Positions 63,972 to 64,000 of a DNA stretch of 64,000 nt are shown in pieces (positions within the stretch are counted from its first letter, which is position 1; the number at the start of each line of letters is the position of its first letter). The translations under genes were made by a program, and so were the position numbers. Under the pieces are notes generated by a model. The model did no database searches and had not been told where the DNA came from. It worked only from the letters and a program-made list of their open reading frames with translations. Source of the stretch: Candidatus Marinacidobacterales bacterium (lineage in GTDB: Bacteria; Acidobacteriota; Vicinamibacteria; Marinacidobacterales; SMYC01); assembly GCA_965237685.1 (NCBI GenBank), contig CBDEGF010000004.1:3743496-3807495 (forward strand). The letters run 5' to 3'.

Positions 63972-64000
63972 CAAATTTGATCGTGGGCTCAATGCGCCTG

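Overview
GC-rich (~63-66%) chromosomal segment. Gene content is consistent with an Acidobacteria-like genome: Ser/Thr kinase-TolB beta-propeller fusions and TonB-dependent receptors with an N-terminal CarboxypepD_reg-like domain. The window is essentially an insertion-sequence graveyard interleaved with housekeeping genes.

Recognisable housekeeping genes: mazG, a frameshifted comEC, an amt gene with an in-frame amber codon, an OM porin-like gene, one intact TonB-dependent receptor plus two receptor fragments, an SNF-family Na+ symporter, a secreted amidohydrolase, a GT2/membrane-protein glycosylation pair, a bacilliredoxin-family gene, and one tRNA-Ser(GCT).

Mobile DNA:
- Two different IS66-family elements. 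Each carries a different extra ORF between tnpB and tnpC, and each tnpC is frameshifted.
- One complete IS21 with a 7-bp target-site duplication, plus an internally deleted IS21 copy that itself carries an intact ISKra4-like IS with an 8-bp duplication.
- An IS256-family remnant, IS630 and IS1 fragments, a second IS481-type element, and a MITE-like derivative of it carrying the bacilliredoxin gene.
- At least four near-identical copies of an IS481-family element with ~100-bp terminal inverted repeats, plus many solo ends.

Defence-related: an intact brxL (BREX Lon-like protease) with no other BREX genes upstream, only a short disrupted ORF.

Candidate novel or accessory content:
- A ~5.6-kb segment between two ~290-bp direct repeats, the first abutting the tRNA-Ser 3' end. 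It carries four uncharacterised ORFs (one DUF5681-like) and no integrase, and lies just upstream of brxL.
- A low-GC two-gene cassette (3-TM SLATT-like protein plus a tiny zinc-ribbon/acidic-tail protein) sitting between two remnants of an ATP-dependent ligase gene.

Many otherwise intact genes carry single-base frameshifts, several in homopolymer runs. Pseudogenisation and assembly indel error cannot be distinguished from the sequence alone.
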